Shown: positions 11,800 to 26,906, counted from the first letter of the stretch. The stretch: 64,000 nucleotides of DNA from Azolla caroliniana (GCA_043228905.1 JBHGNT010000005.1:6014001-6078000), one strand, 5' to 3'. Notes: a model not told the origin generated them from the letters alone. Made by a program: numbers and translations.

Positions 11800-14700
11800 A
11801 TGCTTGATACTAGCAAACAGTCTGTGGGAAAATTCTCTGAGGCATTTCCTAATGTGGAGATGAAGGGAAAAGAGCAGCATGAAACTTTGGATAATCTCAT
11901 CAAACAAACTCTTGTTAGCGATACTTTCTTGTCATTTAACAAAGCTGAAAATAGTCCTGTTCAGCGGTTTCATTGGCTGGATACGATTGATCAGCAAAAC
12001 ATGAACCAAAGTTTGGATGTTAGAGGAGCGAGGCAAGAGGATCCTATTCAATATGATTATAAGGCAGGTGAAAGCCCCATCATTAAGAACTCTTTACACT
12101 CTAATATAAATGGTGGGAACAACATCTTTGGAAGGGGTCCTCAAGTTTCTGGAGAGAAATTTCATTCATTGAAGTTTCCAGAAGCCATGGTTGCCATTGC
12201 CCAAGCAGCCAAGGGTATGTGTCAGTTTTTAGTCGTATTTTTCACTATTTGGTGTTGTTGTTTAGGTTAATTTAAAATGTATAGTTGCAGATCTTCCAGG
12301 GTGGCCGCTAATGTCGAACAAAATGACAATGCACAAGTGTGAAAAATGTTCGCAAGAGTTTTGTTCTCCACTAAATCAACGGAGGCATATGCGAGCAACT
12401 CATCGAAAGCCTCTAAATGGAGACAAGGTTTGAGTGTTTCGATAAAGTTGAGTGAGGAGAATGATGTTTTGAATATGGAAAGTCTTACTTTTGTTTATAT
12501 TTATTTATTTTCCCAGGAGGATCTAAAGAAAAAGAGAGAGGAAATTGCGTATTATTGGGATAAGGTGAGTGATAGTTAGTCTTCGTGATTTATGTATAAT
12601 TTGCTGTTTCTGACTCTTGTTTATTGGAGTTTTGTAGCTTACAGCAGAAAAGGCTCGTGGAGTAGTCTCATCTGATAATCTTTCTCTCATGGTATCCCCC
12701 GTTCCCTTTCAAATCAAGTTTTTGTACGTCAAACCAAAATTGGATTCACAAAACATGCTCTGTTTTCCACAGGATCTCTCAGCCACATCATTAATCCAAA
12801 ATCTTTCAACTCAGCTACAAAAACCTGGACTGCTATCGCTACCTCAATCTTACATCAGAACTGCTACAGCTCTTCTGGTAAGACATTAATGGACCGCTAC
12901 GCATGTAACAGAAAATTAATAAATCAATAAAGATATCTTAACATCGCTTAAAATCATAATAGGTCAAAATGTGCAACAAAAACAAACATTTCTTAGTCGT
13001 TTTTTCTATTGTGCAGGATATTGTGCAGAGCAAGCCCTCGCGGTTTCCTCTCAACTCGGATGAATTATTCACCATCCTTGATGACGCCAGTGAAAAGAAC
13101 ACCTTTTATGGTGTAACTTCTTCCTCGATTCAACGCCATGTTTTTGAGAGCGAACATGGAAAAGTTGGCTTTGAGGCTAAAAATCTTGTTGCATCTCTTG
13201 GATTTTTGGTGGAACTTAAGCTGGTTCGTAAAGTTATGCTATTAATTGATTTCGAGCATGGAAAAGTGATCGATTGTAAGCCATGATATATATGGTCTTT
13301 AAACGTATGTTTGTTCATCTTCACAGGTGAAAGCATGGACAGATGATAAAGATGTGGAGGCTTTAAGATGCCAAAAGGCTTTAGTTGAAGAGGAAGAGGC
13401 TGCTCAGAAAAAGCATGTTACATAAACCCTGGAAATTATTTTTGTGACAAAAGTTCGGTTTATGTTTCATTATATTAATATATTTTTCTGTTTCTTCTTC
13501 TCAGGAGAGAGAAGCTTCAGGAAAGGAAACGACAAAAGAAAATGAGGCAAAAGGAATCTAAAGACAAGGAAAGAAAAGGTGGAGAATCTTCATCAACTTT
13601 ACAAGAGAAGTTTGATGCTTCCTCTGTGAGTCCTAGACAATCAAGTCCTTCATCAAGCTCCTCTGGAACCGATGCAAACCTTATAGAGTCATTAGAGGAA
13701 CAGCATACTATTGAAGATGTTAATTTTGACAATTCTATAGATACTCGCAGAGAAGATGGAATGTACCGTTTTGATCCCAATGAATTGCCAGAACTGGATA
13801 GCCAAAATGGCATTTATGAGCATCGAACGGATAATAGGAAAACAAGTATGCAGGGAGGTGGATGGGTGTGGAAGGATAGGAAAGTTGAGGGCATTCACCC
13901 AAATAATTTAAAACAAGCTTATGGCAATGAGAAAAGGTATTTAGACCATCAAAATGGAGGTCAAAAGCTTTTAAGGAAGGCGTATAATCACTTTGGCAAT
14001 TCTTCCCATGAAGCTTCAAATTCAAACACTACGCCTAGATACAATCATTATCGCGAACAATTCTCAGGCGTGAAGAAGTCTATGACTACGTCAGGGAGTG
14101 GTCATGCTGTATGGACAAGAAAAGTGTCACAAAGTTCAGCTCAAAGCAATGTGACTTCAGGTTCTGAGTTAAGAGGGTCCTTGAATGAATCTTCAGAGGC
14201 AGATTTGGCTTTGCACTTAGAGCATCTAGGAATCAACGGTAACCTTTGCACCATGGATTCAGAGAAAAGTGCAGTGTTAAGCCAGGACTCTTCCATTTCT
14301 CTGGAGTCCACATCTAATTCCGATGGGTGTATTTCTGCAAGGCTAGGGGTTGAAGAACAAGAGAATTCAGATGAACTTGTGTACAGCTCCTTGAAAGTTA
14401 ACACTGGAGAAGAAGGAAATGGGGCTCTAGTAATTGGATCTGTAATGATTCCTTTTCAAAATACTTGGTCTAATGATCCTTTATCTGCTGAATTGGATGG
14501 GGAATCCAAGATGAATGATCTGTCAAGAATGGATTCTGGACAAGTTGATTGTATGGATAACTCAAGTAATGAAGTTAGCAATATCTCAGGCGCTTTTATG
14601 ATGATCGGTAATCCTGCTGATGCATCTGGACGAATCTCACTCAATGAGGCAAACGTTTCTCATGATCCATTATTGATTCCAGGAGGCGATGACACAATGA

Positions 14701-15247
14701 AGATGATACAATGGCAGAATACAAATAAGCTTGGATCTTTGAAAGTTTGGCGGCCTGTTACTCCTGGAGAACATAGTGATGTGTCTAACGCAAGTGAATT
14801 TCTTGATAGAGCCAACAGAAAAGATCCTGAAATGCATGAACCAAAGCCTGGAATATCGAATTCTCGTAGAGACACTCTACACAATTCTGATATACAGCAT
14901 AGTGGTGATGAAGTGCATGAAAAAGGGATGGTGATTGTCTCTAGGAATCCATTATCTGATATGAACCAAACTACTTCCCAGCCAGCTACGGGGAGTTCTA
15001 GCTTGATTTCTCACTATTCTGACATAGCCAACTTACTTTGCCAGCGTGAGTATTGTTTCGATATCACTTTCTAACTTTATAATAGATTGGTTTTCATTGA
15101 TGTGTTTACTTAATTTTCCATCTTCTGACAGGTTGGGTGAATGCCACCTCATCATCTGATGTAATATTTTATCATGATTCAGATGATATAGATTATTTAT
15201 CTTCTCCGTTATCAGGAAGAGGCATGTCAGTGCATGTCAGACGATGA
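11800..15247 (+). CDS. C2H2-like zinc-finger protein (plant LPGWPL / C-x2-C-x12-H-x4-H family), 9 coding exons
   Basis: Exons 11800-12214, 12291-12427, 12517-12564, 12638-12691, 12773-12877, 13017-13223, 13327-13412, 13505-15045 and 15132-15247 join in frame. Motifs: FPEAMVAIAQAAK-DLPGWPL...KCEKCSQEFCSPLNQRRHMRATH, YWDKLT, KAWTDDKDVEALRCQKALVEEEEAAQK, a coiled coil, a long disordered region, and C-terminal LLCQRW. Confidence 0.85.
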
Positions 15248-17315
15248 TATGTATACATGCATGTAGCAGCAGCAAGAATTGACTATATTTTGCATATTGT
15301 GATTTTGAAGCTCAAAAAAGGGATAAGATAAGATGATCCCAGATGCTGGTTTTTTGAGAGAGCTTTTCATGCAGTTTTATAGAAGAGTTTGCCACCAGAT
15401 TGTTTAATCTGGTTGTATTACAGTGTTTTTGCAGATTTCTACATAGGAGCAAATGATGTTACGAACCCCAACAAGAGTTCAATATCAGTTATCAGGTGGT
15501 GTTCAGTCTGTTATCATGTATCATTCACAGAAATTCAGTTTCCATTTTTACAGCTGTGCTGTGGTCCTATTTAAAATAGAAGGTCATTGGGTTAAAAGGT
15601 TGGATAGGGACTAGTAAAATCAAAATTTATGCAATTTTTTGTTAGGCTATGCCAAGTTCTATTTAATGCAAGTCGATATAGATAGCAGAGGTTTTCTGGT
15701 CTTTCTGCTGATTAATAGCCATAGAGGACATTGAAGGGAAAGTTGTTGCCCGTTAATAGTTATCTGGATCCCTTGATACATATGTGCGCTTAAATGTTCA
15801 TTATGGAACTGTGTTGCCATACAATATTGAAAAATGTGTTTAATAAATATACTCAGCTTGTATTTCAAACTGTGGATGCTCTTGAAGGTAATTTAAGTTT
15901 ATTTTATTTGTTGTCTACATTCCATGCCTGTATCTGCAATGGAAAGTTTGTAATTCTTTAATTTTCTCTGAATTTGTATCATTTAATACGAATGAGTTCA
16001 AAATTTGATTTTTTTGTTGCTTTAAGTAGCACTGTAACTCTTTACTTAACCACAATTATATTTCTGGTAGTAGAAGCTCACATTTTGCTTACCATGTATC
16101 AAAATGTCACACATATTAGAAATAAGCTGATGGACTGTCCTCCACTTGCTCACGAAAAGCGAATTCCACAAAGTGGTCACCAAAATTGGAGATATTGAAT
16201 ATAAGCACATGGATGGTTCATATATTGCTTATTTTTATTTTGCCAAATTGACTGTAAAGCTTATCCTCCACTTGATCACCTGAAGGCATTCTTAGAAGGA
16301 TATTAATAACTGAAATGTGTGGCAATTTAAAAGATTAAACAAACACATCAATATGTTTATTTGATGAAATGTGTTTTATTCTCTAAATGTAATGAGGAAT
16401 TACACTTCAGAGGCTTAATCACAATACAATATAAATATGGTTTATTGAAATAGGAGCACAAGTATTAGGTAGACATTGAGTGCATCACAGCACCTCTTGT
16501 TTGTGAATATAAGTACTGCTAGTAGTACTAGATACAGGATCAAAAGAAAAGATTTAACAGCCGTTTCAAGGAAAGAGTTTGCAGAATGCTTAAAACTAAA
16601 TTTGCTGAATTCCTAGTCTTGATGGCAAAGCGGTCAACCAAATTTGCAGGATGCTTAAAACTCTTTTGAAGAAAAAAAGCCCAACTAAATTCGTATACAT
16701 GGATTTTTGTGTATAGATAGGAGCGGAATGCTTCTTCTTCTTTTAATCCTCTAGTCTAAAACATGTTACAACATAATGTGAGAATACTTCGTTTAGAAGT
16801 CCACAGAAAAAGTTGGTTATTGATGTGCATGTTACACCATTGCGTACTAATATTCATCCATATACATATAAGCATGGTGGTTGTAGCGGCACAACTTATG
16901 CATAGCGTCGTTTGATTATTAACATACTTTACAATTGTAGTTGGAATTCATCATACATTTCAATGAAGGAAAATAAATATAATGTGAAGAAACACAGCAT
17001 GGCCTCGGACTCCAGCCCAACTAAACCAAAGCAAAAGGATAACAATAGGGTGAGGTTGTGGCCGCAACTGACCGACAAACTTGCATAGAGAAGCCAAGTC
17101 CATGCATATATTTGTGGTTTCCTCAAACATTATAGTAGTTATAGAATATGTGTATGTATATGTATACGTATATATGTAATATATGCATATACATATATCA
17201 TATATATGTATATCAATATGCATGTATGTATATATGTATATGTATGTGTAGTATGTGTATGTATGCAATACACGCGGATGCCAACGCGGACGCTGAAAGA
17301 AAAGAGAGAGACTGA

Positions 17316-17357
17316 TTAGGGTTTACAAGAGAAAAGAAAAGAGCGGGATTAGGGTTT
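17316..17357. promoter_or_regulatory. Two telo-boxes (TTAGGGTTT) just upstream of the LSM6 ATG
   Basis: TTAGGGTTT at 17316-17324 and 17349-17357. Telo-boxes are typical of plant translation and RNA-processing gene leaders. Confidence 0.6.
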
Positions 17358-17375
17358 CTGCGCAGAGTGAGAAAT

Positions 17376-20300
17376 ATGAACGGAGGTGGAGGTTCTTCTT
17401 CTGTTTCTTCTGCGAAGACTCCCGCGGATTTCCTCAAGTCAATACGAGGTCGCCCTGTCGTCGTTAAGCTCAATTCTGGCGTCGATTACAGAGGTGAGTC
17501 CTTTTTCTTCTTCCTGTTCTCAGATACAGAAGGAAAAAACAAAAACGTGTTCTTTCTGTTCTTCGTGTTTTGTCTGCTGGGAAAGACACATGAATATGTG
17601 AACCTTTCCTGACTTCTTCATTGCGCGGAAAATATTGATGTTGATGTTAAACTAAATGTTCTATTTTGTTGATGTAAGGCTTTTGCTGATTTAAATGTTT
17701 CCTGTGTGGATCAAATTTCTTCTTTGACTTTCACATTGATGTACAAAACTTCCATTGCATTTTACATAATGGAATGGGGAATGCAATGATAGATGAAAAA
17801 TCCATTTTATTCATTTGAGCTGGATGCACTTGCGTGGAAATTGATTTGGTAATTTGAAGAGTGCAAAGGAGAGCATTGGGATACGAGTTTCATAAAGGCC
17901 AAAATGTACTCTCTCAATCATTGCTCAAAGTTTGTGCCTTCTAAATTTTTTTATGAAGTTTATATAACTGCGACCCCATAAAGATCATCGACAATATTTG
18001 GTTAATAAAGATCATAAGGAAAACAAACACAACACACAATCATGCATTTTACATGGTGAAATCAACACTTTCATGCATTTTATTTGTGAAATAAAGATGA
18101 ATGGCTGTATTTCAATATCTTCATCCCAAGGTAATAGTGTTGGATTCTTCACTCCATGTTTGAGTCAGGAATCCAGAAAACAAGATTATAAATCAGCTGT
18201 CTATTGACCACATATCCGAGTATTTTACAGATGCATCCAAGTTTAGTATACATACATGTGGGGTAGTTCAGAGTTAATTATCAAACATCTCGTAACCCTG
18301 ATGAATCCAAATCCACAATGTGGCTGGCCCTCATACTGTAGGCGATACCTACTCCATTGATTGGTCCTCTGAAGATTAATTCTCTCACTAAAGGGACAAG
18401 CTTGAATGTATTTTTCAAATGGCTGTTTCCTTTGTTATCCATGACCAGCGTTGTGAAACTTTACCAGAGTTTCTGCTAAATTGGTTCCTTAAGTTTCTGT
18501 TCTGTTTGAATTTTTGTTTCTTACGCAATCTATGATCCAAAGTCTATCATATGTATTTGTAGATTCTATTATCAGTAGCACTCTGGATATCTTGTCCAAT
18601 GCACTTAATCAAACTCAAAACACAAAATTTGATTTCAAAATATTTGTATGAAAAGCCATCACCCCAACTACTCTACATCTGTGATAATGTGATGAAATAG
18701 TTATAGCTTCTTTGGGAATCACATCTGTTGATCAACTTAATTGAATCATTAGAACTTTTAATTGTCTTCAATTGGCATAGATATATTTTCTTAATTATAG
18801 TACAGATTATTTCATAAGTTCCTGGAAAAATTATGTGTATGTCTGTGTGTGTTGAACACTTCATGGGAGAATATGTTGAAAACGTTTTCTGCTATCTTGA
18901 CCTAAGCAAAAATATCTTGGTATGAAGATATGACTATACCATTGTTTGACCTTTATGAAAGAGCTGCATCAAATGATATGACTTTGCAATTTTTTGGCCT
19001 TTATGAAATAGCTACTTCAAACGATATGACTATACAATGTTTTGACCTTTATGGAAGAGCTACTTCAAAAACTTAGTAGATATGAATTTAAATATTTAGT
19101 CAAGTTTCTAAAACTTATTTGCTCCTTGTGGCTAATTATGGTTGCGTAATGGTTATAATTTCATCATTTATTTTTTCCTCCATCTCTATACACCTTTAGG
19201 ACCTCTTTTGTTGCTATCCAGATTGGGCAGCCATAATGGGCGAATAAGTTGATATTTGTGAATGAGACAGGAATAATTATAAACCATATGATACATCACT
19301 ATAATTGGCCAACAAAACAAACAAACCCTAACACAGTAATTGTGAGTCAGTCTTCCAAAGATTAATGGTTCTTTACTGCCCTCAAACAACCTCATTCATC
19401 CATGTTACTGCAGGAAAGAGTAAATTCAAATTGGATATTGGATATTCACCCAATATTCAGAATTTAAGCTGCAACCATAGCATTACCAATGAATATAACT
19501 ACGACTTCTATAATCTGACTCCTATAATGTCCTTTTTTAAGTTTTATGCTGTATAATCTACTACTATTTCTAGTGGCCTCTTAGTTGCTTAGTTTTCTTA
19601 GTCCATTGATAAAAGTTAATGGCACAACCATAGTTAGGCATTTGGCCTCTGTCAACGGAAGTCCAGATGTCAGAAAATCAGTGTATAGTTACTCATAGTT
19701 CAAGCTTCTGTATTCCTTTTCAAGAAATGCCATTGTTTTCTTTCTTGTGCTGTATAGGCTAAATTCTGAGAGTTATATAATTGAGATTGAAAGAGACATC
19801 TTCTATTTCATGTAAACAGTCCTTTACTTTCTGTTCACCTGTTTGATTTGATGTTGCATTCTGCATTTTGAACCTTTGAATATGTAGAAGAAAACATTCT
19901 TTATATGCATTGCGGGTTTTGATGCGTTTGCATAAAAAGACTCTTTATATGATTTGCATCATCTAATGTTTTCATAGAATCAGCCATGTTTTTTTAATGG
20001 AAATCTTGGTAAAAAGTTGTGTAAAATAGTTTATTCAATTGCTAAAATATTCTGGTGATTTGTTCATGTTTGTAGAATATAATGATCATGCTAATTAAAG
20101 CATTCCTAGTAACTGGCATAAATTTGTATGATATAAACATTGTACAAAGTGAAGGCGTCCTCCTGATTGGGTAAATTGTTTCTTGAACAGGTATTTTAGC
20201 TTGTCTAGATGGCTACATGAACATTGCTATGGAACAAACAGAGGAATATGTAAATGGGCAATTAAAGAACAAATATGGAGATGCATTTATTAGAGGGAAT

Positions 20301-20425
20301 AATGGTAAATATAACTCCCACCATATTATAAATCTTCTATGATTGCTTCTCATATGTGAAATGTTTGTATGTGTACAGTGCTTTATATCAGTACCTCTAA
20401 GAGAACTATAGCTGAAGGAGCTTGA
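17376..20425 (+). CDS. LSM6: Sm-like protein LSm6 (U6 snRNP / mRNA decay LSm complexes), 3 exons
   Basis: Exons 17376-17493, 20191-20304 and 20379-20425 with GT-AG introns give MNGGGGSSSVSSAKTPADFLKSIRGRPVVVKLNSGVDYRG-ILACLDGYMNIAMEQTEEYVNGQLKNKYGDAFIRGNN-VLYISTSKRTIAEGA*, a canonical plant LSm6. Confidence 0.97.
18927..19069. repeat. 48-bp x3 tandem repeat in LSM6 intron 1
   Basis: GATATGACT...TTTGACCTTTATGAAA-AGCT-C-TCAAA starts at 18927, 18975 and 19023. Confidence 0.9.
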
Positions 20426-21699
20426 TCCTCTTTGAAATTTATGGAAACAGGAAATGTGATGGTTTGCCCTTTCAACAGTAATTTTTGGTTACAGGCATGA
20501 AAAACATGGGGCCTAATGCTTATGAATTGATATTTTCAAGGTTTTGGAAAGGCTAGGTAATTTTTTACCCATCAAGGTTTTTAAAGATTTGCCAAATGCC
20601 TGTTAAAAGGTTAGTTCAAAATTTCTAATCCTTTTAGGGTTGTACTTTGCCTTGGACTGCGTGGCATCAGGTTATGGCCATTATTTTCTGGGGGAGAACA
20701 GGAAAATCTATTGATTGATAAACTTCTATTGTGTATGTGTATGCTATTTGGTTTTTGGCTTCTATATATCTGTACTCAATATTGCTCATGCACACGGTTC
20801 TATATAAATTTTGTCACAGTAGTTGCCATCCATATTTCAACTCAGATGAACCATATTGAGCCCAATCAATCATATTATCCATTTGAAGGAAACACAAATA
20901 TTATCCATGTGGGACAGACGTTCATGGCTTATTGTTAAGATTTTCAAGGGAATGTAGTAATCAATGCATGAACATCATCAAAAACAGCACTAGAATACAT
21001 AACGGTAACAAATATCATGTAATGTTTTTCTATCATATGAAGAGGTTACTAATGTCACAAATTTGGAGTAATAGTTAATAGAGAGTAACATTTTAAAATT
21101 TGAGTTTGAATAGTCATTTATATTATAGCAGGCAATAATATTATTGAAGACATGGACATCAGAAATTGACAGAGAAGGAATCAATCACGTTGAAAAATCT
21201 ATGACAACCTACTTTTATGTGTTAATGCATAGAAATTGTGTAATGAATGTAGAAGACAAAATATGTGGCAATCTTTAGTATTAAGTAGGTAGTATGTCCT
21301 CTTGGTTCTCCAATTGTGAGGTCCCCACAAATTATTAGGAATATTATTTCACAACTTCTTTAGTAATCGTTCCACTTAGAAGTATTTCACAACTTCTTTA
21401 TTCTTAAGAGCTGTGTATTAGAAGTATTCTTATACGTGAGGTATCTGGAGTAGTATCATCTGACCAAACATAAGGGTCTAACATAACAACACTTACTTTG
21501 GGAATGTTTTTATTATAAAAGTGCAAAATAATTTATACAAAGAGAGAAAGCTTCCTTTGTTAAAGGTGCGTACTTTAAAGGAATGACACTTTTTAGGCAA
21601 AAAACAATGAGTTGGTACACAAACTTTTGAAAGGGTGAATTTATCCTTTCCAAGTTTTAAAGTTGTATTTCTAAAGTTGTGTTTGATCTAATTCTATTA

Positions 21700-23400
21700 G
21701 CCCATTTATCTTGGACATTACATACCATGCCATTAATTTAATTGATCACCTATGCAAGGAGCTACTAACCCAAATATTGAGGAATTTTATTATGAAGAAG
21801 AGCATACATGTACAATAATGTGATTCCTCCAACACCCATGTGGTGGTGGTTATATTTTCAGTAACATTGAAATGATAGCTACTAATGTTATATTAATCTT
21901 CAATAGATGTGCAACACACCACCAATAGAAAGGGGTCCTAAGCTACCCGAAGTAGGGTAGCTAGATATGAAATTTATTTAAAAGCTTGAGATGTAAGAGA
22001 GAACTTCAATGAGCCTAAACTAAATGCAAGTGGAGAGAAGGGTATTAGGATTGTAAGGGTTGAGGGTTAAGGTTAGCGGAAATTAGTCTCTAATCACTAG
22101 GCTGCAAAAGAAATCTAATGAGAATGAAAATGGAGAAAAACTAATTAACACAACATATGATAGAAAGTTCGAAATATAATAATAAAACAAACAAATCAAG
22201 AGATGGAAAAGAGGAAGAGCAAGACAAATAGCCAAAAATGCTAGCAACTTTTTAGGGGCAAACACATTTCACCTCATAGAGAGGCTCCTCAATGCCAAGT
22301 TACCCTTATAATTGTAGTACTATGTGAAGTAAAATATGTAGCTTAACATGTTTGCATGTATTAATTAAATTTCCAAACCATCATCTTATGTATGACCCTC
22401 ATGTTTGCATGCAATTGGTAAGTTTACATTTAGATTTACTAGCCCTACTTTAATTGATTTCAAGGCACCTTATATGCCATATGCTATATACATTGACCCT
22501 TAAAACCTCATGTTTTTGCAAATGTACTATAGACAATATACACGCGCACATCATGTGCTTGGCCTACCATTGTCCTTAAATTATAATCCCCTTTTCATCC
22601 TCAAAATACAAAATCAGCCAACCCTTTTCCAAGAGATGTAATATGGTTCAAATCTTGAGAGTACACCTCTAAAAAAGTGGTCAGTTATATTTGAAAATGG
22701 TAGTTGGAAACACAACCAACAAATATGCTCCACAAATAAATGCCATAATCCACCACGATTCAAATTGCATCTACAACACAAGAATTACACATGATGATAT
22801 AATTTTAAATCTTACACGTCCATAGATCTTACATATCCTTAAATAACCCTCACTTTTGCTAAGATATTAGTAGGCTCGTTGACTTATGGATTTGTTTACA
22901 TCCTTACGTGAGAATGTCTATTATCTTCTTATGATTTTGGAGTGTTTCCTCAAGAAGATCTAACGATGTTCATGAAACATTTTAAGGAAGTGTAGTGGGC
23001 AATATGCTTTGAGAATTATGTCAGCGATCTTCTCTACATTTAGGTTATGTATTTGAGTTCTAGAAACTCATTTGCAACATAGCAAGATACAAGTGGGTCA
23101 ATTTTACTCGCTTGTAAGAGATGATATTGCTATTTGAAACAAAGTTTCGGTGGAACCCCCCCTACATTAGTGACAAAGATCCATCAAGGATTCTCTATGA
23201 CATATATCATCATATACTCAACCTATGTAGATTGGTGATAACCAATCATTTATGTAGCCTGGCAATTCAAACATATTACCAATTCTATCTTCAAAAACGG
23301 TATTGGAAGTATTGCTACCCCATCAAGTTTGGCAAACATGGATGTCTCGGTTGATGAAGGCTAAGAAATTCAAGATATACACAATGGTAGGTAAGGCTCT
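21700..23400 (+). pseudogene. Very degraded Ty1/copia RT-RNaseH remnant (interrupted)
   Basis: Scattered fragments resemble LQG...IEE-IY, VVGSL-Y, YGL-Y, RRST-G, ACKEM-WL and NVAD-MTKA in the correct order, with many stops and frameshifts. Confidence 0.3.
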
Positions 23401-25882
23401 AGAAAACCTATACAAGTAGAGAAATATCTCCATAAGGAACACCTCTTAAGACATACATGTATTAGTACAACTCGTTTACTTTGACCTATTCATCTATCAT
23501 GTTTGGTGTGGAATTCCTAGGGTATCAGTCATTGCCTACAATTAGTCAATCAAAGATATCCCACAAACGTGTTCCTTCTCCATCAAAAAATGCTTCTGTA
23601 GCTATATCTAAATTCCTTTATGACATAAGAGTATTTTTTAATTAGAGATCACAAGCTCAACAATCCTCTTTGTCATTTAATCAAATATTTTAAAGTGAAT
23701 TCGTCATCAAACCCATTTAAAGGCTACACCACATTCATGTAATCATCTTTCGTGATGGGCCGACCAGGGGATTGTCATGACATCTTTCCCAATTGTGGTC
23801 ACATCCCCTCAGTATAAGCTGACAAAAAGCAAACCCCCTCTCTTTTTGTATGACTTTTTATTTAACTCTCATACTCCATAGAGAAGCTTTGACATCAATT
23901 TCAGAATTGTGTGCGCACATTTTGCTCTCATTGCAAACTGTTATGTTAACACCGGTTTTTTTTATTAATTTGAATTTATCTTAATCAGTGTGCACCATAA
24001 TCCAAAGGACTAAATAGCCATCCAAATCCATAACATTAGTTTTTAACAGAAAATAACAAAATGGATGCCGAACTAGCCCAAATCTCCAACAAATCATAAT
24101 TTGGAACATTAATATAAATATTTTGGTCATGCTAAATTTATGTTTTACAATATTGTTTCTCTAGTTATAAATCGAACTATTAAAATTCTTACATCATTGA
24201 AAATCTTTTAGAAATGTGGATTACAAATCACATGACCAAATGCCTTTTCATAGTACAATCAACATGGGACAATATTCTGTAAACTTGTTACTTTGGATCA
24301 AAGCCAATGAATTCATCGCCGCAACATTCCATGAACAAAGCCTTACCTCCAGTGTTACCCCTTTTGGACATTTAGCATATCATACTTAATGCATTCTATT
24401 CTAAACAGAACATGGAATGGCATGTTAAAAAAACAAACATAACATATACCCTCGATTGACGTATAAAATTATGAAATAATAGACTCAAGCAACATATATA
24501 ATTATATCATGACACCCTTGATCAAGATATATCATTACATCATACAGCTTTTATCAACCTTAATTTATTCTAAAACACATCAATGTACGTGAAATTCGTC
24601 ATTTAAATTATGCATAGCTTTTGCTAGAAAATGTATTATCCATATAAATTTATGTGTCATATTACATGGTAAAACTTTATCGTCCAGAGTTCGAAAACTA
24701 TACAAAAATATCATCCCTTTGAATACTTTGTAAAAGATTCTGGATCTACGGAAAGGAAACCTTTACCTGAATATATACATATATATTTGCATGCATACAT
24801 ACATTACATGATTACGCCTTATAAAAAAGTCTACAAGACTAATCAAATGTGCAAGTTGTCAATTTAGGGGTTTTCTAACAATTAAGAAAATAAAGGCTCT
24901 TATGCTTCACTATGTCCCTTGGGGCTAGTCCCCATCATGCAAATGGGTGGGCATATGTGGGTTGGTATGGTTGGATGCATGCACATATATGTGAGAGAGA
25001 CAGAAGAATTATTGAGACACAACCATTATTCAGAGAGATGGTGCTTGAGGTTTCACGAAAAGTCAGTTGACATTTTTATTTCATTTTCCTTGGAAGCCTA
25101 CCCTTTTTTAGTTTATTGCTCCATGGATAATATGGAAGTAGTCTAGTTCCCTATTCTAGTACTCACTCATATGATAAGATCTAGTTCAAATAGTTTCACA
25201 TAAATGATTCTGAATCCAACACATCCCACAAACCTAATAACTAGTTTGATGGGGGTCGCAACGATAAAGGAGAAGTTGAAAAGATAGTTGAGAAAAGTGC
25301 CCCATCTCTTCCCCTTGAAAGGCAAGTATAACCATTGTAACACCATTCATTTCATTTTAATTAAGAAGCTACGCTACATACACCAGTATTTGACCTAATC
25401 TACAAGGTTATGAGGATCCCTAGTACTTGAGAAAATACGTGTGAGTATCATGATTTAGTGTAATTTCTAGCTGATTCTTACTATCCATGAATCTCATCTA
25501 CTTTACCGAGAATGGGATTGGTATTTTTGTTTTCTTCAAAATCCCTATGGTGTTGGTTCGTTTTCCTAACAATGGAAAGGAAAATCAAATGGTTATTAAA
25601 TTTGTTTGGAAGTACGAATCTTAAGGAAACAATTGTCTTTACATGTTAAATAAAAAAGGTAATTACACGGTTTTAACTTTTATGTTTTGTAACTAACATA
25701 AAATGACTACATTGCACAAGAGTTCAAATCAAGTTTCTTTCAAAAAATGTGGGTTTTAGAGAAGTTCATTTTACTCAACCCAAGGGTATCCTTGCAAAAA
25801 TTCTCCTAAAAAAGGCAATTGTAACTCTAGTTGAAAATGTTACTCATAATAATGCAACAGCCATAATTCTATCAAGTTCCTA

Positions 25883-26055
25883 TGCAAAGGAAACTTGGCC
25901 AAATAGTTGAAGAAAACTCTTCGAAGGTCCTCATTAAGGACAGGATTGCATTCTTAAAGAGGGAAAGAAATACGATCAGGTTCCTTGGGCAAAGGAAACT
26001 CAGCCAAATAGTTAGAGGAAACTATTCCAAGGTCCCAGTTGAGAACAATTGTGGT
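25883..26055. repeat. Degenerate ~105-bp tandem duplication
   Basis: GCAAAGGAAACT--GCCAAATAGTT-GA-GAAACT-TTC-AAGGTCC occurs at about 25884 and about 25989. Confidence 0.7.
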
Positions 26056-26686
26056 TTGTACCACCTTTCTGAGGTCAATAAGGGACCAACAATATATTTG
26101 GAACGAAATTTGTTGTCAAAAGCATGGCTTTAAACAGAATTCACTTTCCACAATCCAGATCTTCTAAAGGCAATTCACCTTCTTTCTATACATTATAAAT
26201 GTGGAACTAAACCTTTCTTTTTTCAAAACAAGCATAGCTTTACAAATCCGCCCTTAAGGATTGGAAAAATAATGCCATTCTTTTCAAAGGACTTATATTC
26301 ATGCATTCAAGGTGGTCCTGACTCCTACCCAAATCATTCTTGCTGGAAGATGCTTCGATGACCAATGCTTACAGCCCAAAGTGATTAAAGGTTATACCTC
26401 TCTCTCTATACATGTAATATATATATATATATATATATATATACTAAGAGAGGGAGAGAGATGGGTAAATAGACATTTATTTAGTTGAAGTGGTACAGTT
26501 GTTCGACAAAGGCACGAAAAAGGGGGTTCTGGTCATCACTTGGTATGCCGGTTGGGGTGGGGAGTGAGACCTTGGGGTTCGTGTCCATTTATCCTTTCAA
26601 TCCATTCAGCCACGAGGTCAAAATACACATAGTTTTTTAGTGAAGAGGTAAAATGCTCTATCTATCTATCAAAATACCCATCATCC

Positions 26687-26730
<44 letters not shown>

Positions 26731-26902
26731 GCAGAAGAAAGGGTTTTTTTTTGTTTGGAGAGGCATATAGCCAGCCAGCCAGCCACACTACACTACACTA
26801 CATGATGTACAATAGAATGCAAAAGACAAAAAGAAGACCAAAAAGGTGGAGTGCTCTGTCTCATCATGGGTACACCTATAGCTCATGGAATGACACAAAC
26901 AT

Positions 26903-26906
<4 letters not shown>

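Noticed and set aside
12692-12772. Donor GTATCCCCC in the C2H2 gene resembles a U12 5' splice site
   Set aside because: It lacks the T at +7/+8, has no CCTTAAC branch point near the AG, and has an ordinary pyrimidine tract, so it is treated as U2.
18927-19069. Regularly spaced repeats as a CRISPR-like array
   Set aside because: The units are contiguous with no unique spacers and lie in a eukaryotic intron.
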